From NCBI GenBank assembly GCA_963718575.1, contig OY970358.1, positions 322,172 to 386,171 on the forward strand: a stretch of 64,000 bases of DNA, written 5' to 3'. Source of the DNA: an uncultured bacterium (GTDB lineage Bacteria > Patescibacteriota > Minisyncoccia > UBA6257 > 2-01-FULL-56-20). Below the pieces are notes generated by a model, which was given only the letters and a program-made list of their open reading frames with translations, was not told the origin of the DNA and made no database searches. Each line of letters starts with the position of its first letter. Position 1 is the first letter of the stretch. The position numbers and the translations under genes were made by a program. Positions 27,563-37,398 of the stretch are shown piece by piece.

Positions 27563-28363
27563 CTAATAGATATTCACCCACGCGAGCGTCCCCGTTGCGC
27601 TCGCGGCGCAGAGATAGAGCGAATCCTTGGTTGAACCGCCGGGGGAATAGAAATCGAGGGTTCCCCGGTTGGTGGCGTTGCACGTCCCCTGCGGAGTGTT
27701 TAATAATTGCACCGCACCCTGCACCGAAAGAGGCTGGGCGGGGTTCAGCACTCCTATACCGACATTACTCCCGCTGAAATACATATCGCCGTTGATCGGG
27801 CTCCACATGTTGGTCGAGTTTCCGAGCGGCTCCGGATTTGACGATGCGTAAAGTCCCGTATCAAATGTCGCCGCCGAGACCTGCTCTATTGAAGTTTGGA
27901 AAAGCTGGCTGAATGATTGCGCAATATTCTTGGTGTTATAGGCGATCGTATACGAAATACTTACCGCATCATGTCCGGGAGGATTCGCGTTGCGCGTAAA
28001 GGAAAGATTGGAAACAGTGACCATGCCGGAAGTGAGCGGTTGCAGCGTCCCGGTGGCCGTTTGTTGGATATACACCGTACCGCTTGCAAGCGTTATATAG
28101 GTCGGGTCAAGCGAGGAGCTTGCCATTTCCAGCTTGAGCGTCGATGTCGGCGTGGAAGTAGGGATGTCGACCAGGCTCGCCGTTTGAACATAATACTGAA
28201 GTTTTTGTAAAAGAAACTGGCTTTCCTGGTTCACCGCAGCGCCCGACGATGATTGTACCTGCACCTGCGTGACCGTGGAAAGAATACCGATGAATGCAAT
28301 GACAATGACCGTGAAGATGCTTATTGCAATAAGCATCTCAATGAGCGTAAATCCTTTTCTCAT
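27563..28363 (-). CDS. Prepilin-type N-terminal cleavage/methylation protein (minor pilin)
   Basis: RKG|FTLIE. Confidence 0.9.
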   Translation of the reverse strand: MRKGFTLIEMLIAISIFTVIVIAFIGILSTVTQVQVQSSSGAAVNQESQFLLQKLQYYVQTASLVDIPTSTPTSTLKLEMASSSLDPTYITLASGTVYIQQTATGTLQPLTSGMVTVSNLSFTRNANPPGHDAVSISYTIAYNTKNIAQSFSQLFQTSIEQVSAATFDTGLYASSNPEPLGNSTNMWSPINGDMYFSGSNVGIGVLNPAQPLSVQGAVQLLNTPQGTCNATNRGTLDFYSPGGSTKDSLYLCAASATGTLAWVNIY

Positions 28364-28385
28364 GCTTTTTATTATAGCATGTGCC

Positions 28386-29288
28386 CTACGGACTCCAGTT
28401 GACGATGATACTGTTCACGCTGGGGCTGAGCGATCTCGCCGTGTTCGACAAAAGGATGACGCGATAGCGGAAATAGCGGCCGGCGAGCGATGTGTAGTTG
28501 CCCAGCCGGATCGGGGCGCCGGAGACGCTGGCCAGGTAACTGCTCCCCGATGTGCCGTCGGGACCGATAAAGTTCCATGGGCCGCTCGAACTATTGCTCA
28601 CGGCGATCTGGAAACCGACCGATGTCCCCGCCGGCAGATTTCCTTTCCACGTGATCGAATTGAGCTCTGCGCCGCTCGTCACGCCGGTATCGAAAGTTTG
28701 GGAGTCGAGCGTTCCCGAGGCTGACGTTGCAACCCACGACGTCGCCACCTCAAAATTGGAACCAGAGCATGAAATATTGCCGCAATTAAAAGATATCCAT
28801 CCTACAGTATCATTCCACGCCCAGCCGGAGAACACGCCCGTCGCCGCATTTATTTGCACGCCGCAATAACCGGAATAGGAAGAGCATGCCGAGGTCGTCG
28901 AACCCGTGACCGGATATGTGGAAGATGCGTCGCCCCAGTAAAACGATATCCAACCAATTTCATCGTTCCACGCCCACCCCGAAAGGTCTCCGTTGCCGTC
29001 ATTCGCAACCATATAATTACTGGTGCCGCAAATATTGCCACTCGGGCTCGTGGCACAATCCAGCGAGACGGAACCCGCCGATGAACTTGCATATCCCTGA
29101 AGCTGCGACGCCGTCACATTCACATTGCCGGTGCTGTAGAAATCGATCCAGCCGATCTCGTCGTTCCATGCAAAATGCTGTGATGTTGTCGCGTTGATAT
29201 TCGTCGCCGCGAACGCGTGCGGCGAAAGGAACATAAATGCCGCGAAAGTTCCTGCGACGATCCAGCTATATAAGAAAATTTTCTTCAT
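28386..29288 (-). CDS. Secreted protein with GWAWNDxxGWI repeats
   Basis: Signal peptide, three AWNDxxGWI repeats, C-terminal RYFRYRV.L domain. Confidence 0.85.
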   Translation of the reverse strand: MKKIFLYSWIVAGTFAAFMFLSPHAFAATNINATTSQHFAWNDEIGWIDFYSTGNVNVTASQLQGYASSSAGSVSLDCATSPSGNICGTSNYMVANDGNGDLSGWAWNDEIGWISFYWGDASSTYPVTGSTTSACSSYSGYCGVQINAATGVFSGWAWNDTVGWISFNCGNISCSGSNFEVATSWVATSASGTLDSQTFDTGVTSGAELNSITWKGNLPAGTSVGFQIAVSNSSSGPWNFIGPDGTSGSSYLASVSGAPIRLGNYTSLAGRYFRYRVILLSNTARSLSPSVNSIIVNWSP

Positions 29289-29303
29289 AATGACAAATTC
29301 ACA

Positions 29304-29933
29304 TCAATATCCCGGAATGGAGACGTAGAGTGCGCCGGTCGTCGTTGAATAATCAATATTGGATGATGTGGCGAATTGGCTGCTGGCGGAGGTTGCCACA
29401 CCACTCGCGCCGGGACCGCCGGACCAGTCAGTTTGATCGATCACGGCATCGTCATTACGGGTGAGGTATGTGCTTATCGTGCTCGTCTGCCCATGTGTCC
29501 AATTATACACCACAAAGATCTGCTTGGTGGACGGATCATAGGCGTTGCCGGACGCTGTCGAGGTGGCATTCCCCCCGCTCGTGCGGTATACATCGGAAAG
29601 ATAAAAATAACGGGTGAAGGTTGTCGTGCCGAGAACGAGCGATTGGATGCCCGACGTGGCGGTATAGGGAGATGACGATGTGATTAAATAGTATTGATGG
29701 CTCGTGCCGGTCGCGAGGGCCATGACGTTGTTCCATCCCGCCTCAGAGAATACGCGCACGTTATTAAGGAGATCCTGTCCGACCGTCGCTCCCTGCTGTA
29801 CGTTCACCGCCTGGGTATTTTCCTGAAGCGCCGGCGCAATGATCGTCGCGGCGGCCACCATGAATATGGTGCCTACTGCGATCGCAAGAAGAAGCTCGGT
29901 GATCGACTGTCCGGATCGGAGCGCTTTCATCAC
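29304..29933 (-). CDS. Minor pilin (PilV-like)
   Basis: RSG|QSITELL. Confidence 0.85.
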   Translation of the reverse strand: MMKALRSGQSITELLLAIAVGTIFMVAAATIIAPALQENTQAVNVQQGATVGQDLLNNVRVFSEAGWNNVMALATGTSHQYYLITSSSPYTATSGIQSLVLGTTTFTRYFYLSDVYRTSGGNATSTASGNAYDPSTKQIFVVYNWTHGQTSTISTYLTRNDDAVIDQTDWSGGPGASGVATSASSQFATSSNIDYSTTTGALYVSIPGY

Positions 29934-29947
29934 TTCATTTTATCACA

Positions 29948-30436
29948 CTAATAGCTTATCTCTCCGGATGAAGCCACCGATATCGTGGACGAGAATATCG
30001 TGCTCTGCTTTGGCATATATAATTTGATACTCGTCGAAGCGGAGGCAGTGCCGGCGATCGGAGCAAAAACGATGTCGAGCGTGGCGCCCGTGGCAAGCGT
30101 GGAGGTCTGATATGCCACGGTCAGCGGCAACGGATAATAACCGACGGTGCCGGTCGCGCTATAGGCAGCTCCCGTGAACAACGCGTAGAACGGCACCACG
30201 GACGTGGAATTTGAAAAATGGACCCCCCACGAAACGCTCACCCCCTGCACCGCGCCGTTCTGCTGTGCGATCGCATCGCTCTGCGCCTGGCGCAAGAGCG
30301 TCGCGATCTGCTCAGTGGTGGCCGTCAGATCCGCGTTGGTCCGCCGCGATGCGAGCGTGGCGAAAACGACCGCGCCGAGCGCGATCATGACCCCGAAGAC
30401 CACGAGAAGCTCGACAAGGGTGAATCCTTTGCGCAT
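29948..30436 (-). CDS. Minor pilin (FimT/GspH-like)
   Basis: RKG|FTLVELL, LRQAQSDA. Confidence 0.9.
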   Translation of the reverse strand: MRKGFTLVELLVVFGVMIALGAVVFATLASRRTNADLTATTEQIATLLRQAQSDAIAQQNGAVQGVSVSWGVHFSNSTSVVPFYALFTGAAYSATGTVGYYPLPLTVAYQTSTLATGATLDIVFAPIAGTASASTSIKLYMPKQSTIFSSTISVASSGEISY

Positions 30437-30439
30437 GGA

Positions 30440-31651
30440 TCAGAATGATGTAGTCAGCTGATAGATCGGGACAATGATGGAAAGGGCGATGACGCCGACC
30501 ATGACACCCATCACGAGGAGCATTCCCGGCTCAAGGAGCGAGACGAGCGCTTTGATATTCGCGTCGATATTCGATTCATAAAATTCCGAGAGGGTGTCCA
30601 GCACTTCCTCAAGGTGTCCCGCTTTTTCGGAAATGGCAACGAGGTTGATCACCATTTTGGGGAACACCGTCTCGCGACGGAACGCTTCGCCGATCGTCAG
30701 CCCTTTTGACAATCCCTCGTTCGCGACGCGAAGGAGCGCGGTGCGGTATGAATCGAGCCCTACCGTTTCCGCTGCGATCGTGATCGTATCCACGATGGGC
30801 AATCCTGCGCGCATGAGCGAGCTCATCGTGGAGGCCATGCGCTGAACGGCGATCTCGCGATACACCGTACTCACGAGCGGAAGGCTTGTCAGCACCCGGC
30901 TAAAGACACGCGCACCCACTTCCGTCTTGGTCACCACCCACACGGTGATCCCGACGAGTATCACGAGACCGGGAAGAATGATGAGGATATTCGCCCCGAG
31001 AAAAAGGCCGACGGTGAACACGATCTGGGAGAACCACGGTGGATTGATACCGCTCTGCGCGAACACATTTGCCACCTTGGGCAATGCAAACGTCACGAGA
31101 AAGGTCAGGATTCCGACGGCCATGCAAAGCAATACGATCGGGTATATCATCGCCGACTTCACCTTGCTTCGTATCTCCGCTTCTTTTTCCAGAGAGACGC
31201 TCAGGTCCTCGAATGTCTTCTGGAGTGTCCCCGAAGCTTCCGCCGCCTTTACGAGGTTGATGATCGTTGAAGAAAACTCTTTCGGGTGCCGTGCGAACGA
31301 ACTATAGAACGGGCGGCCTTTGCTCAGGTCATCCCGCACCTCAAGGAGAAAATTGCGCATCGCCGGCTTGTCAAAATCGAGGATGAGAATGTTGATCGCG
31401 GAAAGCAAATCGGTGCCCACGCGCAACATCAATGCCAGATATTTCGTGAGGAATACCTTGTCCGATGTGTTGATGCCGCCGCCGAAAAATCCCTGGACCA
31501 CCCCTACTTTTACTTTCTCCATCGGTTTCACCGAAATCGGGCGAAGTTGTTTGCTTCCAAGAAAGCGCAGTGCGTCGTTCAGGCTATCAGCCTCGTAATC
31601 CCCTTCCGTCATCTTTCCCGCCTCGTCCGCAGCGACGTAATGAAACAGCAT
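30440..31651 (-). CDS. pilC: Type IV pilus inner-membrane platform protein (GspF/PilC)
   Basis: Two T2SSF domains, AAEASGTL, AMIYP, EKAGHL, LLEP. Confidence 0.92.
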   Translation of the reverse strand: MLFHYVAADEAGKMTEGDYEADSLNDALRFLGSKQLRPISVKPMEKVKVGVVQGFFGGGINTSDKVFLTKYLALMLRVGTDLLSAINILILDFDKPAMRNFLLEVRDDLSKGRPFYSSFARHPKEFSSTIINLVKAAEASGTLQKTFEDLSVSLEKEAEIRSKVKSAMIYPIVLLCMAVGILTFLVTFALPKVANVFAQSGINPPWFSQIVFTVGLFLGANILIILPGLVILVGITVWVVTKTEVGARVFSRVLTSLPLVSTVYREIAVQRMASTMSSLMRAGLPIVDTITIAAETVGLDSYRTALLRVANEGLSKGLTIGEAFRRETVFPKMVINLVAISEKAGHLEEVLDTLSEFYESNIDANIKALVSLLEPGMLLVMGVMVGVIALSIIVPIYQLTTSF

Positions 31652-31686
31652 ATGTAAATAATACCACAGGCATTCTTTTGTATGAG

Positions 31687-31726
31687 CTGTCCCGCGAGTG
31701 GACGTCCCTACGTTGGAGCGAGACAG
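31687..31726. repeat. Dispersed hairpin element, copy 1 (core 31694-31721)
   Basis: GCGAGTGGACGTCCCTACGTTGGAGCGA, 24/28 identical to 35050-35077. Confidence 0.65.
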
Positions 31727-31739
31727 AGGGGAATTCTTT

Positions 31740-33455
31740 TTATTCCCGGATCACGCGCAAGACTTCCTCGAGCGTCGTCTGTGCAAGCTCCGCTTTCCGA
31801 AGCCCATCCTCAAACATCGTTTTCATTCCCGATTTGGTCGCCTCTGCGCGAACGGATTCCAGGCTGAACTGCGGAGCGACGATCAGCTCTTTTATCGGTT
31901 CGGTCACCTCCAATGCCTCGAAAATAGCGAGGCGTCCGCGATAGCCTGTCATGCCGCATGCCGAGCATCCCTTGCCGGAGTACAATGTTTTTGGAATACG
32001 TACTTTTTCCGGATCGAGACCGTTTCCCTCTATTTGTTTTTTTAATATTGCTACGACTGCGGGATCGGTATCGTAAGAATAGATGCACGACTGGCAGACC
32101 TTACGCACAAGACGCTGGGCAAGTACCAGATTGAGCACTGAACTTACGAGGAACGGCGGGATCTTCATATCGAAAAAACGCGGGATGGCCGTCGGCGCGT
32201 CGTTCGTGTGGAGCGAAGAAAGCAGTAAGTGGCCGGTAAGCGCCGCCTGTACGGCGATGTCAGCGGTCTCGTCGTCGCGGATCTCACCGACCATGATCAC
32301 GTTCGGGTCCTGGCGAAGCAGTGCGCGAAGCCCTGAGGCAAAGGTCATCCCCGCCTGGGGATTGATCTGCGTCTGATTGACGTAGCGCATGTTGTACTCG
32401 ATCGGATCTTCAACGGTCGTCATATTGACCTCGGGGCGGTTCAATATATTCATAAGCGCGTAGAGCGTCGTCGTCTTTCCTGAACCGGTCGGTCCGCACG
32501 AGATGAGCATTCCATAGGATTTTTTAAGATTGTCGGCGACGATCTTCGCCACGTCCGGCGCCATGCCAAGTTCTTCGAGCGAGAGCGGCTTCTGCGATGA
32601 TTCGAGCAGACGCATCTCAACTTTTTCGCCAAAAAACGTCGGCATCGTAGAGACGCGGACATCGACCTCCTGATTCCCCAGCTGATACCGGAAACGCCCG
32701 TCCTGCGGAGCGTAATGCTCGTCGATCTTAAGCCCCGCGAGCAGTTTGATGCGCGCGACGATCCCCGGATGCACCGCCTTTGTGATATCCATCACTTGAT
32801 AAAGAATGCCGTCGATACGGTAACGCACGAACGTCGATTCCTCCAATATCTCTATGTGAATGTCGGAAGCACGCGACGCGAGCGCATAGGAAAGGATATT
32901 GTCCACGATGCCGACGATCGGAAGGTCTCCCGCCGCCTCCTTTGCGTCCTTTGATTGGCTGACAAGCGACGCGCGGACGTTATCGTCAATGATTTTTTTG
33001 AAATCCTGTCCGAGTTCGTAGCCATAGACGGAAAATCCGCGATTCAGATCGCCCGGCGATGCAAGGAACGGGTGAATCTTTGCCCCCAGCCGCTGTTCCA
33101 AAAATTCCCGCGTCTCGAGATCGGACGGGTCCACCATCGCGACATCAAACGTGCCGTCATCCTCTTTATTAAAAACAACGGACTGCCGCGAACGCGCAAC
33201 GTCCTCGGCAAGCAGCTTTACTATATCTTTATTGAGCGCCTGGACGCTGAAATCCGCGCGTGGCACGCCGAGGAGCGACGCGATAAGGTTGCTCAGATAA
33301 TTTTCCTCAACGATCTTTTCGGAAACAAGAACGTCGATCACGCTTTGATTCTTACGTTCGGCCTCCTGATAGAGTTCATCAAACCGCTCCGATGTTACGA
33401 GCCCTTGTTCGATCAGCATCTGCTTCAGCTGATCCGGAGAAATAGGAAGTTTCAT
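31740..33455 (-). CDS. pilB: Type IV pilus assembly ATPase (GspE/PilB)
   Basis: ASDIHIE, PQDGR, Walker A GPTGSGKTT, LRQDP..IMVGEIRD, CxxC zinc motifs, GYRGR. Confidence 0.95.
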   Translation of the reverse strand: MKLPISPDQLKQMLIEQGLVTSERFDELYQEAERKNQSVIDVLVSEKIVEENYLSNLIASLLGVPRADFSVQALNKDIVKLLAEDVARSRQSVVFNKEDDGTFDVAMVDPSDLETREFLEQRLGAKIHPFLASPGDLNRGFSVYGYELGQDFKKIIDDNVRASLVSQSKDAKEAAGDLPIVGIVDNILSYALASRASDIHIEILEESTFVRYRIDGILYQVMDITKAVHPGIVARIKLLAGLKIDEHYAPQDGRFRYQLGNQEVDVRVSTMPTFFGEKVEMRLLESSQKPLSLEELGMAPDVAKIVADNLKKSYGMLISCGPTGSGKTTTLYALMNILNRPEVNMTTVEDPIEYNMRYVNQTQINPQAGMTFASGLRALLRQDPNVIMVGEIRDDETADIAVQAALTGHLLLSSLHTNDAPTAIPRFFDMKIPPFLVSSVLNLVLAQRLVRKVCQSCIYSYDTDPAVVAILKKQIEGNGLDPEKVRIPKTLYSGKGCSACGMTGYRGRLAIFEALEVTEPIKELIVAPQFSLESVRAEATKSGMKTMFEDGLRKAELAQTTLEEVLRVIRE

Positions 33456-33495
33456 GGGTGTTGGTCAGTTAATCATAGCAGAGCGCCGGACAAAA

Positions 33496-33527
33496 TAAAA
33501 AGCGCCGGAAATGTCCGGTGCTTTTTA
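33496..33527 (-). terminator. Terminator after major pilin
   Basis: TAAAAAGCGCCGGA...TCCGGTGCTTTTTA. Confidence 0.7.
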
Positions 33528-33547
33528 TACTTACAAAAACAAATCGA

Positions 33548-34201
33548 CTAGAAAGTCAGATTAGTTCCTGACTCCAAAGTGCAGAGAGAAGTCCCGCCGT
33601 CAGTCGACTCAACGTCACCAGAGCCACCATCGCTATACTTCAAGCTCTCCGTCTTTGTAGCGAGCTTATAGGTGGTCTGTCCGCCCACAAACATATAGAG
33701 ATTCGTTCCGGTGTTAACAGGATCGACCGGCAAAGCACTGATCGGAGCACCCGAGCTTATCGCGGTGAAGTTGACAGGGATCCATCCTGTCCCGTTTACC
33801 GCCCGCGACGCCGCAGTACCCGCTCCACTGCTCGCAACGTTCTCCCCTCCCGTAAATCCCCAACCACCGATCACACTGGGAGTTGAAGTAACACAGCCAG
33901 TTGTAGCTGTCTCGCTAGCGTTGCTAATAGAACTGCCACTTGGACCAGAGATAAATATCGTGCTGGTAGTGCTTGTGCTCGAGCCGCTCATCCACGTTGT
34001 CGTCGAAACGTCCGTCGCATACAAGGATAATGAGCTCTTGAGTGTGGCGAAATCAGAGACACGATTTGAGTCCCTCGCTTGGCGCAAAAGTTCCGCGGGG
34101 TTCAAGGTCAAAATGACCACAACCGCCAAGATTGCGATGATCGCGATAACGACGAGAAGTTCGATGAGGGTAAATCCCTTCTGCTTTTTATTATTTTTCA
34201 T
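33548..34201 (-). CDS. Type IV pilin (probable major pilin)
   Basis: QKG|FTLIELLVVIAIIAIL, NPAELLRQARD, LPVDP, own terminator. Confidence 0.92.
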   Translation of the reverse strand: MKNNKKQKGFTLIELLVVIAIIAILAVVVILTLNPAELLRQARDSNRVSDFATLKSSLSLYATDVSTTTWMSGSSTSTTSTIFISGPSGSSISNASETATTGCVTSTPSVIGGWGFTGGENVASSGAGTAASRAVNGTGWIPVNFTAISSGAPISALPVDPVNTGTNLYMFVGGQTTYKLATKTESLKYSDGGSGDVESTDGGTSLCTLESGTNLTF

Positions 34202-34278
34202 AACAATGTATTTGCGTTTTTAGAGAAACTCGACCTTTCTGCTCTTCTCTTGTATTCAGTATACGATACTGGGGGGAA

Positions 34279-34992
34279 TTAGCCCTGTGGATAAGTAAAA
34301 TCGGGCGGTAATGGAGCCTCAAATTCGAAACTATTCCCATTATCGTCCGAAAACGCGATAGCGGCGGCGTGCAGCATAAGGCGCGGCGCGGAAGCGATTT
34401 TTCTTCCGTAAAGCGTGTCGCCCACGATCGGATTGCCGATGCTCGCAAGATGCACCCGGATCTGGTGCGTGCGACCGGTCTTTGGATGTATCTTTAATAG
34501 TGCGCACGCTTCATTGCCCTCCCCGGCGACCTTCTTCACAACGGCGTATTCCGTCACCGCAGATTTCGCCATTTTAGAGGAGTGGATACTTCGTTTGAGC
34601 GATCCGTTCTTAATTCCGATCGGGGCGTCGATGGTTCCCTGTTTATTTTTCGGCACACCGTGCACGATGGCAAAATAGGTTTTTTTCATGCGGTGCTCCT
34701 GGAATAGTTTTTTTAGGCGCTCGAATGCTATTTGCGTCTTCGCAACGATCATTACGCCGGATGTTGCTTTATCAAGTCGATGCACGATCCCCGGTCGCAG
34801 AAACGGATCATCTCCCACGTTCTTTATTTTTGGATAACGCGCGGACAGCCAGTCCACAAGCGTCGATTCCGCCGCGCGCGACGTGTCCTCACGACGCCGT
34901 TCGCTTACCCGCGCGGCGTGTACCATCAGCCCCGCCGGCTTGTTCAAAACAATAAAGTCGTCGTTTTCAAAAATGACCTCCGGCTCTTTCAT
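34279..34992 (-). CDS. RluA/RluD-family pseudouridine synthase
   Basis: NKPAG, GIVHRLDKATSG, TGRTHQIRVH, GD.LYG, LHA. Confidence 0.93.
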   Translation of the reverse strand: MKEPEVIFENDDFIVLNKPAGLMVHAARVSERRREDTSRAAESTLVDWLSARYPKIKNVGDDPFLRPGIVHRLDKATSGVMIVAKTQIAFERLKKLFQEHRMKKTYFAIVHGVPKNKQGTIDAPIGIKNGSLKRSIHSSKMAKSAVTEYAVVKKVAGEGNEACALLKIHPKTGRTHQIRVHLASIGNPIVGDTLYGRKIASAPRLMLHAAAIAFSDDNGNSFEFEAPLPPDFTYPQG

Positions 34993-35020
34993 TCATTCAT
35001 CTTACCCTCTTTTATTATTC

Positions 35021-35104
35021 GCACAAAACAAAAGACCCGTACCCGTTAAGCGAGTGGACGTTCTTACGCCGGAGCGAACCGGGTGCGGGTCTTTTGTTTT
35101 GTGC
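35021..35104. repeat. 25-bp inverted repeat downstream of tRNA-Ile enclosing dispersed element copy 2 (35050-35077)
   Basis: 35021-35045 versus 35080-35104 with one G-U pair. Confidence 0.75.
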
Positions 35105-35173
35105 GCGCAGAAGGAATCGAACCTTCGACCTTTTCATTATCAGTGAAATGCTCTACCACTGAGCTACGCGCGC
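35102..35173 (-). tRNA. tRNA-Ile(GAT)
   Basis: GCGCGCGTAGCTCAGTGGTAGAGC...CT-GAT-AA...GGTTCGATTCC. CCA not encoded. Confidence 0.95.
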
Positions 35174-35192
35174 GCTGGCCGCCGAAGCGGTG

Positions 35193-35264
35193 TGCGCGAT
35201 GGAGGGATCGGACCTCCGGCCTTCACAATGTCAATGTGACGCTCTACCACTGAGCTAATCGCGC
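35193..35264 (-). tRNA. tRNA-Val(GAC), T-loop reads TCCGA
   Basis: GCGCGATTAGCTCAGTGGTAGAGC...TT-GAC-AT...GGAGGTCCGATCCCTCC. Confidence 0.9.
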
Positions 35265-35314
35265 TTACGGGATCGCGCAGGCATGGTTCATCATACGGCC
35301 TCGCCATATTTTTT

Positions 35315-35611
35315 TCAAGGCTTGGTGGTCGTCGTTGTCGTGCCGACGGCGGGAGTCGGAGCGACCGGCGCGATGGGGATCACCGACGCCGCAGAGGATG
35401 TCTCATTCACCAGACCATGGAGGTCGAGCTTTGCCGCATCCGCAAGGTCAAATCCTTCAATAGGCTGGGCAGGAGGAGTGACAAGCGCAAGGTGAAGCTG
35501 GATAAAGATATCGTTGACAGCCCAAAGATAAAACCCCAAAAGGATGCCGAGGAACAGTACGGCAAACGTGCCGATAATAAGATTGGGATATGAATGTAAG
35601 AATTTTTTCAT
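35315..35611 (-). CDS. Small membrane protein (pilus-cluster associated)
   Basis: One TM helix and Pro/Thr tail, downstream of the PilO-like gene. Confidence 0.7.
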   Translation of the reverse strand: MKKFLHSYPNLIIGTFAVLFLGILLGFYLWAVNDIFIQLHLALVTPPAQPIEGFDLADAAKLDLHGLVNETSSAASVIPIAPVAPTPAVGTTTTTTKP

Positions 35612-35624
35612 AAAAATGGTTTTG

Positions 35625-36161
35625 TCATTGTTGGAAGAACAAGACCCCCTGCCCCGTCACCTTTTCGTTTGTTCCGTCGGCTGATACATCGAACGACGAA
35701 AGCGAGAGGAGAAATTCCGCCGACTTGGCATCCATATCATCCAGAAACGAAGCAATGTCGCCGGGCGTGCCTTCGGCGCTGAAAGAAAACTGCGCGCTTC
35801 CCGGCGTGACCCCCGTTGGCGGCGTGATAGAACCCTGGAACGCCGCATCGGCCGTGACGTTATACTTTTCCCCCAACTGGGTCAGCCATTGCGTAAAAGT
35901 TACAAGCCCATACTGGCTGGGAAGAAGCTGATCGATCGCCGCTTGATATTGCATCGCCTGCGATGCATCTGCCCCAAGCTGGGCAAGGTTGGCCACGGTA
36001 TTGGTATCCTGCTGTATTGTCATACGATCATTCGCGATCACCAAAGCCTGGGCGGAGATGCTGCTGGAAAAGAAAAACAAGGCGCCTCCCGCGATGATGA
36101 TGCTTGCAACGATGATTCCCCCGCTTATCAATAATTGCCTCGTGAATCGATCCTTGACCAT
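35625..36161 (-). CDS. PilO-like pilus assembly protein
   Basis: N-terminal TM, coiled coil, LLP, ferredoxin-like C-domain (F.AEG....I..FL). Confidence 0.65.
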   Translation of the reverse strand: MVKDRFTRQLLISGGIIVASIIIAGGALFFFSSSISAQALVIANDRMTIQQDTNTVANLAQLGADASQAMQYQAAIDQLLPSQYGLVTFTQWLTQLGEKYNVTADAAFQGSITPPTGVTPGSAQFSFSAEGTPGDIASFLDDMDAKSAEFLLSLSSFDVSADGTNEKVTGQGVLFFQQ

Positions 36162-36258
36162 TGTCCTTCTATTATAGCTAAAATGGGGAATTAAATCACG
36201 ATGAAATCATATTTCTTGATATTCAAAAAAACTGTTAGGCTCAAAAAAAACAATTCCA

Positions 36259-37380
36259 ATGAACGAATCCCATTACTATCACGCGGTCGCAGTCGCAACC
36301 CATGGCGGTTATGCCACAATGAAAAAATATCGCGCGGCGGGAGGCGACGGCTGGGAAGCGGCATATTACGCACTTCAAAAAGACATTGAAATGGCGAACA
36401 ACGCATTACTGATCGGAGAAACCATCATCGCCCCGCCGCCCGATCCCCAAAGGGCATATGAGGAGATGGAGCGCCTCGGCGTGCGCCTGGTGCTCAGCTC
36501 GCAAAAAAAATTCCCTGAGGCGCTCCGCAATATTCCCCATCCTCCGTTCGGCATCTATCTCCGCGGCGAAGAACTTATAGACACATCTATATCCGGCACG
36601 CCTATACGAACCGCACACCCGCCGACGATTGCCGTCGTCGGAACCCGGCGCGCGAGCGCGGATGGCAAGAAGACTGCGCGCTCTTTCGCACGCGAGCTTG
36701 CCGCCGCAGGATGCACGATCGCGAGCGGCCTCGCTTTTGGCATAGACGCGGCGGCGCATGAGGGCGCGCTTGACGCTGCTGCCGATGGCGGACGCGGCAC
36801 GACCATCGCGGTCCTCGCCGGAGGCCTCGACGCCGTCTACCCGCACTCGCATCGCGCGCTCGCAGAAAAGATCCTCGCGAGCGGAGGCACGCTCATCTCC
36901 GAATATCCGCCGGGCGAGACACCGTTCGCCTACCGCTTCATCGAGCGCAACCGGATTATGAGCGGCCTCTCGCGCGGCGTGCTCATCGTGGAAGCGCCCG
37001 AGTCTTCCGGCGCGCTCGCCACCGCGCGTTATGCCGTGGAACAGAACCGCGAGGTATTCGTCGTGCCCGGCGCGGTGAGCGCGAACAACTTCAAAGGCTC
37101 GCACACGCTCATTCGTCAAGGGGCGGAGCTCGTCACATCGCCTGGCGATATTCTTGAAGCGTATGAGCTAGACAAAAAGGCAGCCGTGGCAGCCGCGAAC
37201 GCCGCGGCGACACCCGAACAAATCCTTATCCTAAAAGCGCTCAGAGAGATATCGTCACCTGCCGATGTTGACAAATTAGCAGGAATCACTAGACTTGAAC
37301 CCCGCGTAGTCAATCAGATGCTAAGCCTCCTTTTAATAAGAGGAATCATCAAGGAATCGGAAACTGGGTATACAATATAA
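36259..37380 (+). CDS. dprA: DNA-processing protein DprA
   Basis: IAVVGTR, SGLAFGID, F.ERNRIMSG, SGALAT, dprA-topA order. Confidence 0.95.
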   Translation: MNESHYYHAVAVATHGGYATMKKYRAAGGDGWEAAYYALQKDIEMANNALLIGETIIAPPPDPQRAYEEMERLGVRLVLSSQKKFPEALRNIPHPPFGIYLRGEELIDTSISGTPIRTAHPPTIAVVGTRRASADGKKTARSFARELAAAGCTIASGLAFGIDAAAHEGALDAAADGGRGTTIAVLAGGLDAVYPHSHRALAEKILASGGTLISEYPPGETPFAYRFIERNRIMSGLSRGVLIVEAPESSGALATARYAVEQNREVFVVPGAVSANNFKGSHTLIRQGAELVTSPGDILEAYELDKKAAVAAANAAATPEQILILKALREISSPADVDKLAGITRLEPRVVNQMLSLLLIRGIIKESETGYTI

Positions 37381-37398
37381 ATAATTCACTCTCTATAT

